This document shows positions 12,501-24,137 of a stretch of 40,103 nt of DNA, piece by piece (the stretch's first letter is position 1; each line of letters begins with the position of its first letter). Position numbers and translations under genes: made by a program. The notes beneath the pieces were generated by a model. The model ran no database searches and was not told where the DNA came from. It saw nothing but the letters and a program-made list of their open reading frames with translations. This DNA is from Jimgerdemannia flammicorona (taxonomy: Eukaryota): contig RBNJ01000127.1 of assembly GCA_003990765.1 (NCBI GenBank), forward strand, positions 1 through 40,103. Reading direction: 5' to 3'.

Positions 12501-12590
12501 AACATGTGGGATTCTCAAAGTAATTAGCAGTATGCGGTTTTCCTTTTTCTGTAGTCTTCGAGGCAGATATTTGATCCTTTTACTGCCAAA

Positions 12591-13883
12591 ATGAATACTC
12601 CTTTATTTGATACCCCCTCGCCTGCTGCTATTGATTCCTCCTCACCACCTATCTCCCTTTATGTAGACGAACCTCCCACATATTCCTACACACAATTGTT
12701 CACCATTATTGATTCTGCTATGCGGGTTGCTGCGGCGATGGGGTGGCTGGCCAACCTTCTGCCAGATATCCTCCTGTTGGCCAAAGAGCTCGAAAACATT
12801 CCAAAGCCATCAACTATGCCTACAGATGATGATCTTGATTACCTCTTCACCGACTCCCTGCTTGGTACACCAATAATGCCACCGGAAGCATTGTCTCCAG
12901 CCTCCCTAGCCGTCTTTGGTGAAGACCTGGTGTCATCAGAGCCACCATCCGGAAGTGGTCTAGAGCCTCTCTTTGGCGGTATTGCCTTGGATGAAAGAGA
13001 TTCTTCCCACAAGAGATATCGTGAAGATGATGAAGGCGAATCCAGGCACCACAAGACAATTGCCGCATCGGGCCCCGAAGAACTGCCAGTGCCTGTACCC
13101 ATCTCCCATCTACCAAGCATCAATATCCACGAGCATACACCCCCTCTTCCTCCCTCTCCAGAGCCTGGCAATAACAAGGGCAACAAAAAGACAGATAGAA
13201 ATGGCAGCAAAAGGAAACGTGATGGGGGTGACAAAACAGTGGACAGTTCGGATGAAATAGATCATGTGGTCAATGACTCTGATATAGATGAAGGTATGAT
13301 ATATATATCTCTCACTCTCACAGGCTGCAAGTTCTCTTTTATAGAAATATAATAAAAATTGTATTTTATTGTTATAGCCATCCAACAGAGAATATTTGAC
13401 CATGATGAGTTTTTGGCTATAATTGCTAATGCTCGAACTCTCGCCTGGGATCCAAAGTTCAAACCCACCTTCCTACCGATAGGCTCTATTACTGCAGCAA
13501 CAAATCTTAGCGAGATGCTGCAGATGCTATCGCAATGTAAACAAAATCGTGAACAGGGTAGGGCCTATGAATGTCTTGTTAGGTACTGGATGGGTAATCG
13601 TATTGAACGGATCAATCAAGAGCTGGACCAGGCAGGGTTTATTGGTAAAAGAGGGCGTGCAGCCGAGTTTACAAATTGTTATCGTTTAGAAGCTGGTCTT
13701 AAAAGAACAGTGAATATCTGAACGCATGTACAGAGATCTCAGAATATTTATACTATTTTAAAGTCTCTCACCAACCGCGAAATTCTAGCTATGCATGGCA
13801 TTCATGTATCTTCATTATATAAGCTTTCCTGTGACAAAGTAGCAGATATTGCTAACACAGTTTCCTTGATGATCGAACAATAA
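12591..13883 (+). pseudogene. Two-exon gene: Pro/acidic low-complexity N-terminus with basic NLS-like patch, helical C-terminal domain; one premature stop
   Basis: Exon 12591-13293, intron GTATGA..TTATAG 13294-13377 in matching phase, exon 2 open except TGA at 13719 (CGA>TGA); ends RSQNIYTILKSLTNREILAMHGIHVSSLYKLSCDKV..TAA. Confidence 0.65.
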
Positions 13884-14318
13884 ATGTAGGAGATTTTGAA
13901 ATAGTATAAACATCAGAAGACCCCTGTACATGCGCTTGGATATTCACGGAGGATGGAGATGGGGGCAGGGTTGGTATATTATCCTTTTCGATCCCGGTCA
14001 CATGATCTGCCGATATAACTGTGCCATGCGGCATTTTGGCTGTGATGTTATTCAACCAGTCATTGGTCGGTCAGCCTATTGGTTCAGCAGTCTTGATATC
14101 TCTCCAGTATCGCGTTTTTGCTTGTGTCTCTCTGCCTTCATTACAAGATCCTGACCAACTTCAAATGCATGTTTGGTCCTAGCCAGACGTGTTTTTGTCC
14201 AGAGATTCCCATGGGTTTGCCTGGTAGGTTCATCTGTCTTCAACAGATGTCTATAGATCTTCGGCATTTCTCTTCCTAATCCTAATAGCTACTATCGATC
14301 GCTATTATTGACATTGAA

Positions 14319-14967
14319 ATGACATGCACCAGACAGACTGCAAAAAGGTTGACCTTTGGGCCTGCAAAACGAAGGCATCTGCCATCTACGCCAGTCACAG
14401 GGTCCATCATGACTCCACCAATGTGAACGACGACGTATGCAACTACGACTCTCAGGACCAGGTTATCTGTTCAGGTATGCTATGGTGTTGGGCTGATAAG
14501 GATAAGAGAAAAGTATACAACACTAGAGAGAGGGTCAGTAGACGTCTCTGTGACTGAAGCCATATGACCATTTATTATTTTCTTGGTGAACGTCTCTGTG
14601 ACATACAGTATATCAAAGCATTCACCTGTTTATCAAAAAGTATTTAAAACAAACCCTGATTATATTATACAGATCAAACATTGGGAAGGTCCTTCTCTTT
14701 ACCTGTCATGACCTTCAACTGGATTTAATTGCTGGTGATGTCCTAGCAGCTTGCAGATGCTGTATGCCAGTGGAGAACTTTGTCAAGTCCTGTCTGAATA
14801 CTGGAGGGTGGCAAGGGACATATATTCATAGGTTGCATGCACTATGTTCAGTTTATCCACAAGTATACAATATCAGCCAGCACTATACAATGGTTAATTG
14901 TGGCGAGGGTAGCAGTTATGTTGTACAGGTAGTAGGATGCAAGGCTCCTCAAAAAAACATAGACTGA
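14319..14967 (+). pseudogene. Putative gene starting with a histone H3 N-tail-like peptide
   Basis: ATG at 14319: MTCTRQTAKRLTFGPAKRRHL; undoing TG>CG changes gives MTRTRQTAKRSTFGPAKRRHL, similar to H3 [27 protein letters not shown] donor at 14475; open frame 14673-14967 after a TACAG acceptor. Confidence 0.45.
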
Positions 14968-15131
14968 TGTTTCTCCAATAAAAGTTATCTATGTTGTGTT
15001 GTATAATTGGGTGCACGGGTCAGAAAATTGGGCTGTCGAAAAACATCCAAATGAGAACCTGGATGACTGATAGCAGCAGAACTTTATTACAGGTCTAGCC
15101 AACAAGAAAATAGATTGACAGACTTCAATGG

Positions 15132-17185
15132 TCACTTCTCTGTGCTAATTGCTACCCGAATTTCATATGGCCAGTTATGTGTCGCATCCTTCACCGAAAA
15201 CCAATCCATGTGCTCGATCGTATTATTTGGGATGTCCCTGAAGAGGGCATATACCCACTTTGCTCACATGAGCATATTATTCGCAACCCCTCGGTCTTTT
15301 ATCCCAGGAATGGCAGCAATTTTGTCCACAAGTCTCATGGCCTTGGTCCGAAATAGTATGTCATCTCTCATTGTCAGTGCCATGGAGTTAATTTCGCGTC
15401 TAAGGTTAAGATAGCATATCAGGTTTGTATTATTCGCAATTTTTACATTAGTATCGCTCAAGGTAGCCCTTTTTATGAGGGCCTTGAGTGCGTTGCATAG
15501 AGGAGATGGAGTGGATTATGTGGAATCCTCAGCTTTGCTGGTCCCTGCCCGGCGTCTGGCCCTGTCGATCATTTTCCAGAAGGCCTCGACCTAAAATGAT
15601 CATACAGAAATTTTAACATCTCGGAAACCCTATCTAAATACCAGAATACAGTATGTTTGCCTACTGTCTTTGGAGGGTCACTGTCTCTGACTGTGTCCAC
15701 TGCTGACTTCTTGGTTTTGGTGCATTTGGCTGGTCTACTCTCTGCATATACACTGGCAGGTCGTTTGACTGGGGGGCTTATCACCACCTCGGGCATTGCC
15801 TTCTCCTTCCCTTTTCTAGATCTGGTCTCTATAACCCTCAAATCAGTGGGTTCTGGCGGTACGGTAGTGGGATTGGATGCAACGGGTTCATCGTTGCTTG
15901 GCATTATGGCATATTGTCTTTAAATCACCTCCCAATATGGATACACATATTAGAGATAGCTGGTTCTTCATCCTCCCACACAGAGATGTCTGTATTTTCC
16001 TATGTATCAGGCAAAATAGAATCAGGACCTGTTATGCAAGAATGGCATCATATCCAGTTAAGATATATTTACATGTAAAATTCTGCAATAGTGGTCCAGA
16101 TCAGAGAGAAATGTTTTTGCAAATTTCAATATAAAGACTCTGCAATCAGATGCATTTTTTTGCTGAGGGATCTAATGGTCAGATATCTTAATTGGAATCT
16201 GTGCTCTAGTATACCCTCTGACAAAATTAATATCCCATCATACCTTGGCTGTGATGATCCTTAGTTCAGATGTATGTGGAGTGCTGATTCTATATTTAGC
16301 CTCTGTTGCCAGATATTCCACAATTATCTTGATGTTCTCCTGCTGGCAGCAACCCTTCAGGGAGTCTAAGACCATGATGAATGGCCTGTATATATACATC
16401 AGCAATTAAATGAATAAAACATCGATAATTTATATATATATAGAAAAAAAAAAAAAAAAACAAACCTCCACAAGGAATCCTTGACCTTGGAGCTGTTGAT
16501 CCATGAGTCTATATTGCAAAGGACTACTAGAAACCAGTGATATCTGTGAGGCAGTGAGGATATATCATTGTCCACCATGATAAACTATCTAAATAAATAC
16601 TTACTCCTCATGTACTGGAATGAGAGAGAATCTGTTGCTATATGGATTGAATTTCTCAATGATTTTGGCAGGATCCTTTCTCCAAAGTACACAAAAAAAC
16701 GGTATTGAATATGGTAATAGGTGTGGATTTCTGTGGAATACTGGTAGACATAGAATAAAATAAGAATTGCTGGATTTAACTCTAGTAATAATATCACACC
16801 CAGCACATATATATTTATCAATAATGATGTTATTGAGACATTTCCCCAGACATAGACAATCCAGATCATTCTCACAGACCTGGCATCAATTGTATTGATG
16901 CTTGTGAGCATAATCCTCAATATCTAAAACATCTGCTGGTGTGTTTCTGCTCCATGTGATAATTGTGCCTATGCTGGCCTCACCTGGTGAGACCAGGTAG
17001 CAAATATTGTATAGAGCTTAGAAGGTGGTTCAAAAGAATCTATAAACTGGTCACTGATAAATCTCTGAATGCAAGATCTGTATCAGTGTAGAATAATCAG
17101 TATGGCCTGTCCCATCATAGAATAAGTGTTTGGCTGTTGGTGCATGCTGTGGATGCTACTGCTAGTAGATCTGGCATATGCATTT
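15132..17185 (-). pseudogene. Ulp1/SENP (peptidase C48) SUMO protease with C-terminal helical extension
   Basis: Spliced reconstruction: NDLDCLCLGKCLNNIIIDKYI, FSLIPVHE|YHWFLVVLCN (catalytic His), FIMVLDSL (Asp), IPQQKNASDCRVF (Gln/Cys; canonical PQQxNxxDCGVF), then a Pro/Lys-rich linker (15660-15904) and a final helical exon 15590-15132; 5' end approximate. Confidence 0.85.
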
Positions 17186-17495
17186 GGAGTATTTATAGGA
17201 GAGATATATATACCTGCTTACGTATTTTATAATTCCAGTCACATATAATAGAGGAATAGCAGTCTCACCCAATGAGTCTGGACAGATGAGTCACTGGCTT
17301 GCATAACTGCAGTCACATGATTACACAATCATAAGGAATCACAGTCCATATATAAGCCACTCTATATAATAGTCACGCTAAGTGCAAACAATGAAATTGC
17401 ACTACGATCATGTGACAGCGTCTAAGCCACAGAATACATCATTATCATAAATAGAGAAAATCATATTACCCTCATCTGAAATTTCTATTATCAAA

Positions 17496-17933
17496 ATGCT
17501 CAAGAGATATATGCAAAATACTCAGAACTGCTTCTGTAAACCTAGTATATACTAGGAGAAGGAAGATGAAAGCAATAGTGGAGAGGGTTCATTTATTCCT
17601 AAATATATTCAATTTAATAAGGTAAAATAATTACAGTCTTATTTGGTTCTTTATTATATTGGCTATTAGTAATACTTATATATTTTTATAGAGTTTACCA
17701 GTACTCACTAATGGCCATCCACCATCTTATGGTATTCTAAAGAAGTTAGAGAGGTTTAAGGCTGCTATTTCAAATAGCTTGCCCAATTACTCATTAACAA
17801 AGCTTTCTATGGAATATTGTATTCATTATATATAGTTTGACCTATATACTATCAACAATGCCCCATTATGCTATAGTAAAATAGAAACTCTGTTTGAGTA
17901 TAATGAAATATATTCAGATATTTATTTTTATAT
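17496..17933 (+). pseudogene. Degraded two-exon hypothetical gene
   Basis: ATG at 17496, GTAAAA donor ~17622, TATAG acceptor ~17691, mostly open frame with TAG stops; no family recognised. Confidence 0.3.
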
Positions 17934-17967
17934 AATGAATTGATCAAATGGTTAAGTATATAAATTT

Positions 17968-19760
17968 TCAACTTGGTACTTTTATTGGACTATAGAATAT
18001 TTGCCTGGTCATTCTCATCTTTTCCAATTTAGTCTGACCAGTATTAGTCTATATTGCAGACTGATACTGAATAGTACCATCATCAATGATATTCTAGAAT
18101 AGAGAGTTAAGATTAATAACCATGACTATTAACAGAATGATACATGCAAATAACAAAAATGCCTATATCAACCTGAATAGTTCTCAGTACTTGGTAGCAT
18201 CCTAGTATAGTACTCCATAATGTTGCCTCTTATGGAAACTCAAATTCCCCAATTATTATTATGTGATAAATTCCATCAAAATGAAGATCCATTATATATG
18301 CTCTTCCTAAAAAAACCTGGTAATAAATATTGTCAGTATCAATAATATCAATATATTGTTAATGAGATTTTCAAAGACCACTTACCAACTATATGTATAC
18401 CACAAATGATAAGATTTGGTACACCATCCTCAATTGACTTATCTATGGCATTTTTCATTACCTTGCCAAGACTAACTAGATCCTATTTAACTAATTTATT
18501 TTTTGCATTGGGTGGTTTTATCTCACCAACTAGCAGCTCAATATGTTTTTTATCATATACCATCCTAATGATGAAATCTGGCTTTGTGCCCCAGAGGGCT
18601 GGATCAAATCTCTTTTTTATCATTGATGATGATTTGGATGTACTATTTGCCCTTTTGAATCAATAGAATAGTGTTTATATTGTATTGGTACTACTATATC
18701 ATAGAGTATATTCTATATCTACCATTCAAATATAGTTCTCTTGTTTTTAAAGAATGGACTCAATACCGGTATGACAATAGAGTGAATATGAGTGTCTTCA
18801 ATATTATGGTTTTATATAAATGATGGCCACTCATTATTGACCCTTATATATTATGAGCAGTATGAGGAGTAAATATGTTAATTAAGTGAATATCATTACA
18901 TATAACTTAGCATACATACAGATTTTGAATAATCTCCATCATCACTTCACTATTGTTTGTAGTTTTTAAGCCTTGAAAGTAGTTGTGTATAGCAGCCTTT
19001 CATTTGGGATAATTTGGATTCTTACATACAATCTAAAAAATCATTATTAAATTAGACCAGAGTATATATGTTAAAAATAGAACTTTTTATACCCCCACCT
19101 TGATGGTATTGGCGAATATCTGAATGATATCATCTGAGATAGATATATATGGGTATAGTTTTCAAAATTCAATGAACAATGTACCCCAGAGCTCATCATC
19201 AAAATATCTATCCAGATCATATGGATTCTCTTTCTGAAAAATGAATACATAGCTTAAAGCTCTGTAAAAGAAATCAGGTGGCTGTATTATTCAATATTCA
19301 TTATAATTTTATATAGCAAAACAAATAAATGCAGATAACATATAGTTCTTTGAGAGCTGTCAGATGAGTCTGCATAGTCTCACACTTCTTGATGATTGCT
19401 ATTCAATATTTATAGCATTTACTAGAGATGTCATTTTTTCATATCATCCACTGGTTTTGAAAGATAGATGACAATATAAATATATATACTGGTCTGTTAT
19501 AACATATGGTGCAAAATATAACATCATTTACCCAAGAGAGACAATCATCCAGATTCTATTCAATAATGCCAGGACTGATGAAATAGTCTATACAACTATC
19601 ATTGCTTGCCTTAGAGATAGTTGCATCACTGTGAGGTGAAGAGGAGACATAGGATGAATTGGTAACTGTTGCTGCCCCTGGGCTGCTGTTTGGAATCATA
19701 TAGTCAACTCTCGATGAGTTATTTCTTAGCACCATAACACTTGAAGAATGTACCTATATA
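17968..19760 (-). pseudogene. Multi-exon PD-(D/E)XK restriction-endonuclease-fold protein (CR-REase/Crinkler C-terminal type)
   Basis: Exons give IEDTHIHSIVIPVLSPF, ANSTSKSS..GTKPDFII..IELLVGEIKPP..DLVSLGKVMKNAID..ICGIHIVG, AYIMDLHFDGIYHI..GEFEFP; PD and ExK catalytic motifs visible at ~18580-18520. Confidence 0.75.
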
Positions 19761-20469
19761 GATATATGCAGTTATTAATACTAGACCCTTTGCATAAATT
19801 AGAATGGTAATAATCTTACATCATTTCATTTAGAAATGATATCTAGCAGATAGCCAGATGTATCATCTTTCTGAGAGTAAATATCTGATATTTTAGAGTA
19901 TATAAAAGGAAATGTATAAAGCTATATCTGTTAAATAGGCTATTTGACTGAAAGGTATCAATAATAACTATGAATAGGCATGTCTTTTATTTTTCACTCA
20001 GTCATCATTCATATCATCCCATTTTTGCTTATGCCTTAGCATAGTTTCACATACCACTATCATACTAACAATCAACAATTGTTTACACAAATCCACCTCT
20101 TTACATATCAAATGTAGTGAATAGATCTTGCTATAGGAAATGAGCAAAGCTCTTCTACCTGTAGCCTCGGTACCCCTTGAACATTTTGATGGTGATAATG
20201 TAGCTGATATCATATAATCTATTTTGAACTAATATAATACATTTATATATATTCATAATACTTGTGGGTGAATTACAGATTTTCAAATATATATACTGGG
20301 AGTTAATGTTGTATCACATAATGCTTACTTCAATATATTTGATCTAATGGGTGGTATATTGAGGTCTGAACACCAAAAAAATATCTGTTAGATAATAGAT
20401 ATTGAAGGAAATGAATGTTATAGCAAATAATATACATTGAAATGGTGGTGGTGTGATATCTGGTGGGTT

Positions 20470-20828
20470 CATTTGCTGGTACGAGGGCATTCAATAATGA
20501 CATGGATGTGTCCATTATCAAGGAGTTCAGGAAAATACTTCTGGACCTTGTGGGCTACTGGCAGATTAACTCTCTTTAACACCATATCAATAGCAGCCAT
20601 TGGATCAGCTTCAAGTGTGGTCTACAGATCATTGGGGTTATCAAGTAGAATATCAACCATCTATAGTTTAAGATTTTTTGCTGTAATATAATCAAGTTCT
20701 GATGAACATTTTTCCTTGATGAGGTCCTTCAGTGTACTGAAACTTTTAGTCTTCCTAATCTCCACAGGAAAGTTTTGGCGTAATGGGCTGGGATCACTGT
20801 GGATAAGGTAGTTGAGAGTGATGGACAT
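20470..20828 (-). pseudogene. Crinkler (CRN) N-terminal ubiquitin-like header domain; possibly the 5' end of the REase gene downstream
   Basis: MSITLNYLIHSDPSP..NFPVEIRKTKSFSTLKDLIKEK..ITAKNLKL*MVDI..QKYFPE..GHIHVIIECP: CRN pattern with LxLWxV (W>stop) and HIHVIV. Confidence 0.85.
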
Positions 20829-21846
20829 ATCAAAAGCTGTATAAATGATCTAGTGAGACAATAGTGCTGGTAGCAGTGGATCCAAGATGTGGTATTATTA
20901 CTTATAGTTAGGTAGGCTCACTATTACAAGTAAGAGTAAGAGAGGAAAACAATGTGTATTATATTTTTAATTGAACAGTGGATCTAAGACCCTGGTAAAT
21001 GATGTTACACATTAGCTACCAAATTTTGCCTGTTTAGATACTAGCACAGCATACAGTAAAGACCATCCCTTAATCTATCATATATCTTGTAATGGTTCAG
21101 AAAAACTTTTCCAAGAATCTTACCATCAGGCAATTTATCCACCAGCATATTCATCATTCATAGACTATATGTGGGAATTGTTTTATTACCATCAAATAAA
21201 TTATCTGATATCTGATGCCATAATCTTGATCTAATCATAATTTTTACAGAATATATGCTGTATCTGGAATGAGGCATATTTGTATAAGATCTTTAATATA
21301 TATACTGGCCAATAAGGAATCCCCATATTCAACTGCATTCCTAGTACACATTCTTTACTATGATTATATGCAAAGGTGTTACAGCCCGAATTTTAGTGCC
21401 AATATTTTGTACGACCATTCTCAAAAAATGGTAGTACAGAATATTGATGCTTGAATCTGAGCAGAGCTCATACTATTTAAAAAACACCAACATGGCTAGT
21501 ACTCTCTGTATAATTCCTGAGAAAGTAATTTATTATATAGACCCATATTCAAATAAAAGTGTAGTCATAGTATGCTTTATACTCCAATCTACAATCTGGC
21601 TACCCAGAGACAGAATGACATCATTTATATATCCATAGATATTTGCAAATCTCAAATCTCATAATTCCACCCCTTAATGAAATTCTATAATATATAACAT
21701 GCTATCAAACTATATATATAACTTTGCTGGTATTGCTTTTTTGCAATAAACAATCCACTACATCAAGGATCCTACTAGACCACTAGTTATATACAACTTG
21801 GCTCTAGTATAGCAAACAATTTTCACATGTTATTACAGCTGGATCT

Positions 21847-23930
21847 CTACTCATCCATGACAACAGAGACCATTGACATGATCATGCTCTGCAGTAGCTG
21901 GCTCGCTGATACATATTTGGCCCTGATGCTGATAGTATATGTTTTACCAACTATGTTGCGAAATATATCATCATATACACTGAGTGTTTCAGTCTATAAA
22001 AGAGAAGGAGAATAAATTAACTTAAAAAAACTTGACAAACAATAAAATGATGAATATATATCAATATACTGCAAGATTGGCCAATTCATTGACACTCATC
22101 TTGAACAAAGATTTGCCAACCAACTCAAATGCCGTTGTATTCATCTGGTTGTCAGCTTCACCTATTATGATTTTAAGAAAGTATCTGAAAACAAACCTGT
22201 ATGTCAATATACACAAAAAAGAGGGGTGGCTGATTTATAGTCAATTTCAATTTTTTATACTTTGTATACATATATCTCACCAATATCATACCTATGTTCA
22301 AGACACTCTCTGCTGTCTTTAATTTTCTTTTTGCACATGCCACAAGATATATATGATATTTCACTATCATTGATACTGATCATGATAGCTTCCGACTTGA
22401 AGCAGATATCTTCATTTTTGTTGCTACAGGTCTTTTCAACTACATTCACCAATGTCATCAATGGGTACTCAACTGAATATACAAGGCTCTTGGGTATACC
22501 ATTTATCTTTACAGAGTCTTTGTGCTACCTGTGTAGCTCTTCACATTCCAGAAAGGCAGGATCCAGAAGTATATATGGATAGCTTGGCAACTATAGAGAT
22601 ATAACTGCATGTAGTGAATTAATAAATATCTCCATATCCAAAAGTCAATTCAAAATTGGAGTACTTGACTACACTTACATCCTTTATATTCCTGGATGGA
22701 TACCCCATAGAGCAAGGCTACATTTTCGACTGAGCCCTTGAATAACTCCACAGTGCTGCCCCATAAAGTGACCACAATCTTTCCATCAGTATTGGCGATG
22801 GTGAACTTCTGTTACACCCACTTATTCCCATTCTTTGTACCATATATAGCATTTTCATCACATTGAATGATAACCCCAATGACATCTGGAGAAACAAAAA
22901 GGATGTCAATCATCTCTGAATTTGCTAAAAAAAATCCCAACACTTCATATTATCATACTCACTTAGATCCTTCTGACCAGTATATAGGTCAGATAATAGT
23001 GTAAGATCAAGCAACAGTTCTGCTGACTTCTCCTCAGATTTTTCAATAACTGTGTCTGAGTTGATGGTGTATTCCTGTGGTTTGCCTGGGATTGTGGTGA
23101 TTTTGAGACCATTGATGCTATAGTGCTGTCCAGCTACAATATGTCTAAGCTTCGATACATTATCACCAAAGACCTTGATTGAAATTGGACAGCTCTGCAG
23201 AATAATGAAATATGTGAATACAAGTACCTGTGAAATACAGTCACTCTGTTGAGTGTCATCATTATCTCCACCTTTTTAACAGAGCACCAAGCTTCAGCAT
23301 ATTCCTTCTCCTTGTTAGCCCACTTTAACTTTGTCAGTTTTATTAACAATATAAAGGCAGTATTGAAGGCAGCAACCCTGGGTGTCACTGCAACTGAGGA
23401 GTGGCCAGCAATAAACATCTTGTTAGGGCATTGATCAGAAGTAATCTGCTCAGTACAGGTATGCTTACAGATGATCTCTTTAAACTCTACTGGATTCCTG
23501 ATCATTTTTGGAGGGGTGGATGTGATTCTATATGTCTGTATGTCCATATGTCTGGGGCAGTATATTGAAACAAATAAAATCTCCTCTTTATAATGAAATC
23601 TGCATCCAAGTCTATAATACTCAATCAGTAGAATGACCATCCTACTTAAATTTTATGACAGAGATGATTGAAAACATCTTCAGTGTCTGAGGGGTATTTG
23701 GAATAACAGCTGTTACCAAAATAATAGATTAGACTGACTTTACTACTGGTTACTGACAAGGGGTCCCTGTTCCCAAACATGCCTGATATCTAATGCTCTC
23801 TATCAGAAATATGCAGCTCATATCCATGTCCTTTAGGCATAACTTTGGTTATCTGCAGGTTGGGCTTGTAAGTAGTTATATGGTCTGGAGAACTATAGTT
23901 TGCAATAAAGTTAATTGACAGGGTCACCAT
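21847..23930 (-). pseudogene. RPA1: RPA1/RPA70-like ssDNA-binding protein, paralog 1 (intron-containing; N, A, B, C OB folds)
   Basis: N: MVTLS..KPNLQITKV..YELHISDREH; A: ISIKVFGDNVSKL..GQHYSINGLK..EYTINSDTVIE; B: DVIGVII..TKNG..FTIANTDGKIVVTLWG..GVSIQEYKG; C: ISYISCGMCKKKI, TTAFELVGKSLFKMSVNEL, GKTYTISIRAK. Confidence 0.85.
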
Positions 23931-24137
23931 TGTAGATATAGGTGTGGAGCAGTATAATAAGATAATTGCATATCTTTTATATTTAGCTCTTCATATATTG
24001 AATCAGATGCAGATAGCCATCCTGATACAGAAAGTACAGAACACATGACATTGCTGGGCCAGACAGGTTTTCTCATGTAATTGTCCATGATGCATTGATC
24101 TGTCTTGAACCCACTAAACCACAATAAGCATGCCTAC

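Noticed and set aside
14542-14602. 13-bp direct repeat acgtctctgtgac as a target-site duplication
   Set aside because: Only ~35 bp lie between the copies and they show no element features; probably a local duplication.
15132-17185. Protease as asfarvirus S273R polyprotein protease
   Set aside because: It has several spliceosomal introns and SENP/Ulp2-like motifs (HWFLVV, LDSL, PQQ.N..DC), which fit a eukaryotic origin better; not tested by search.
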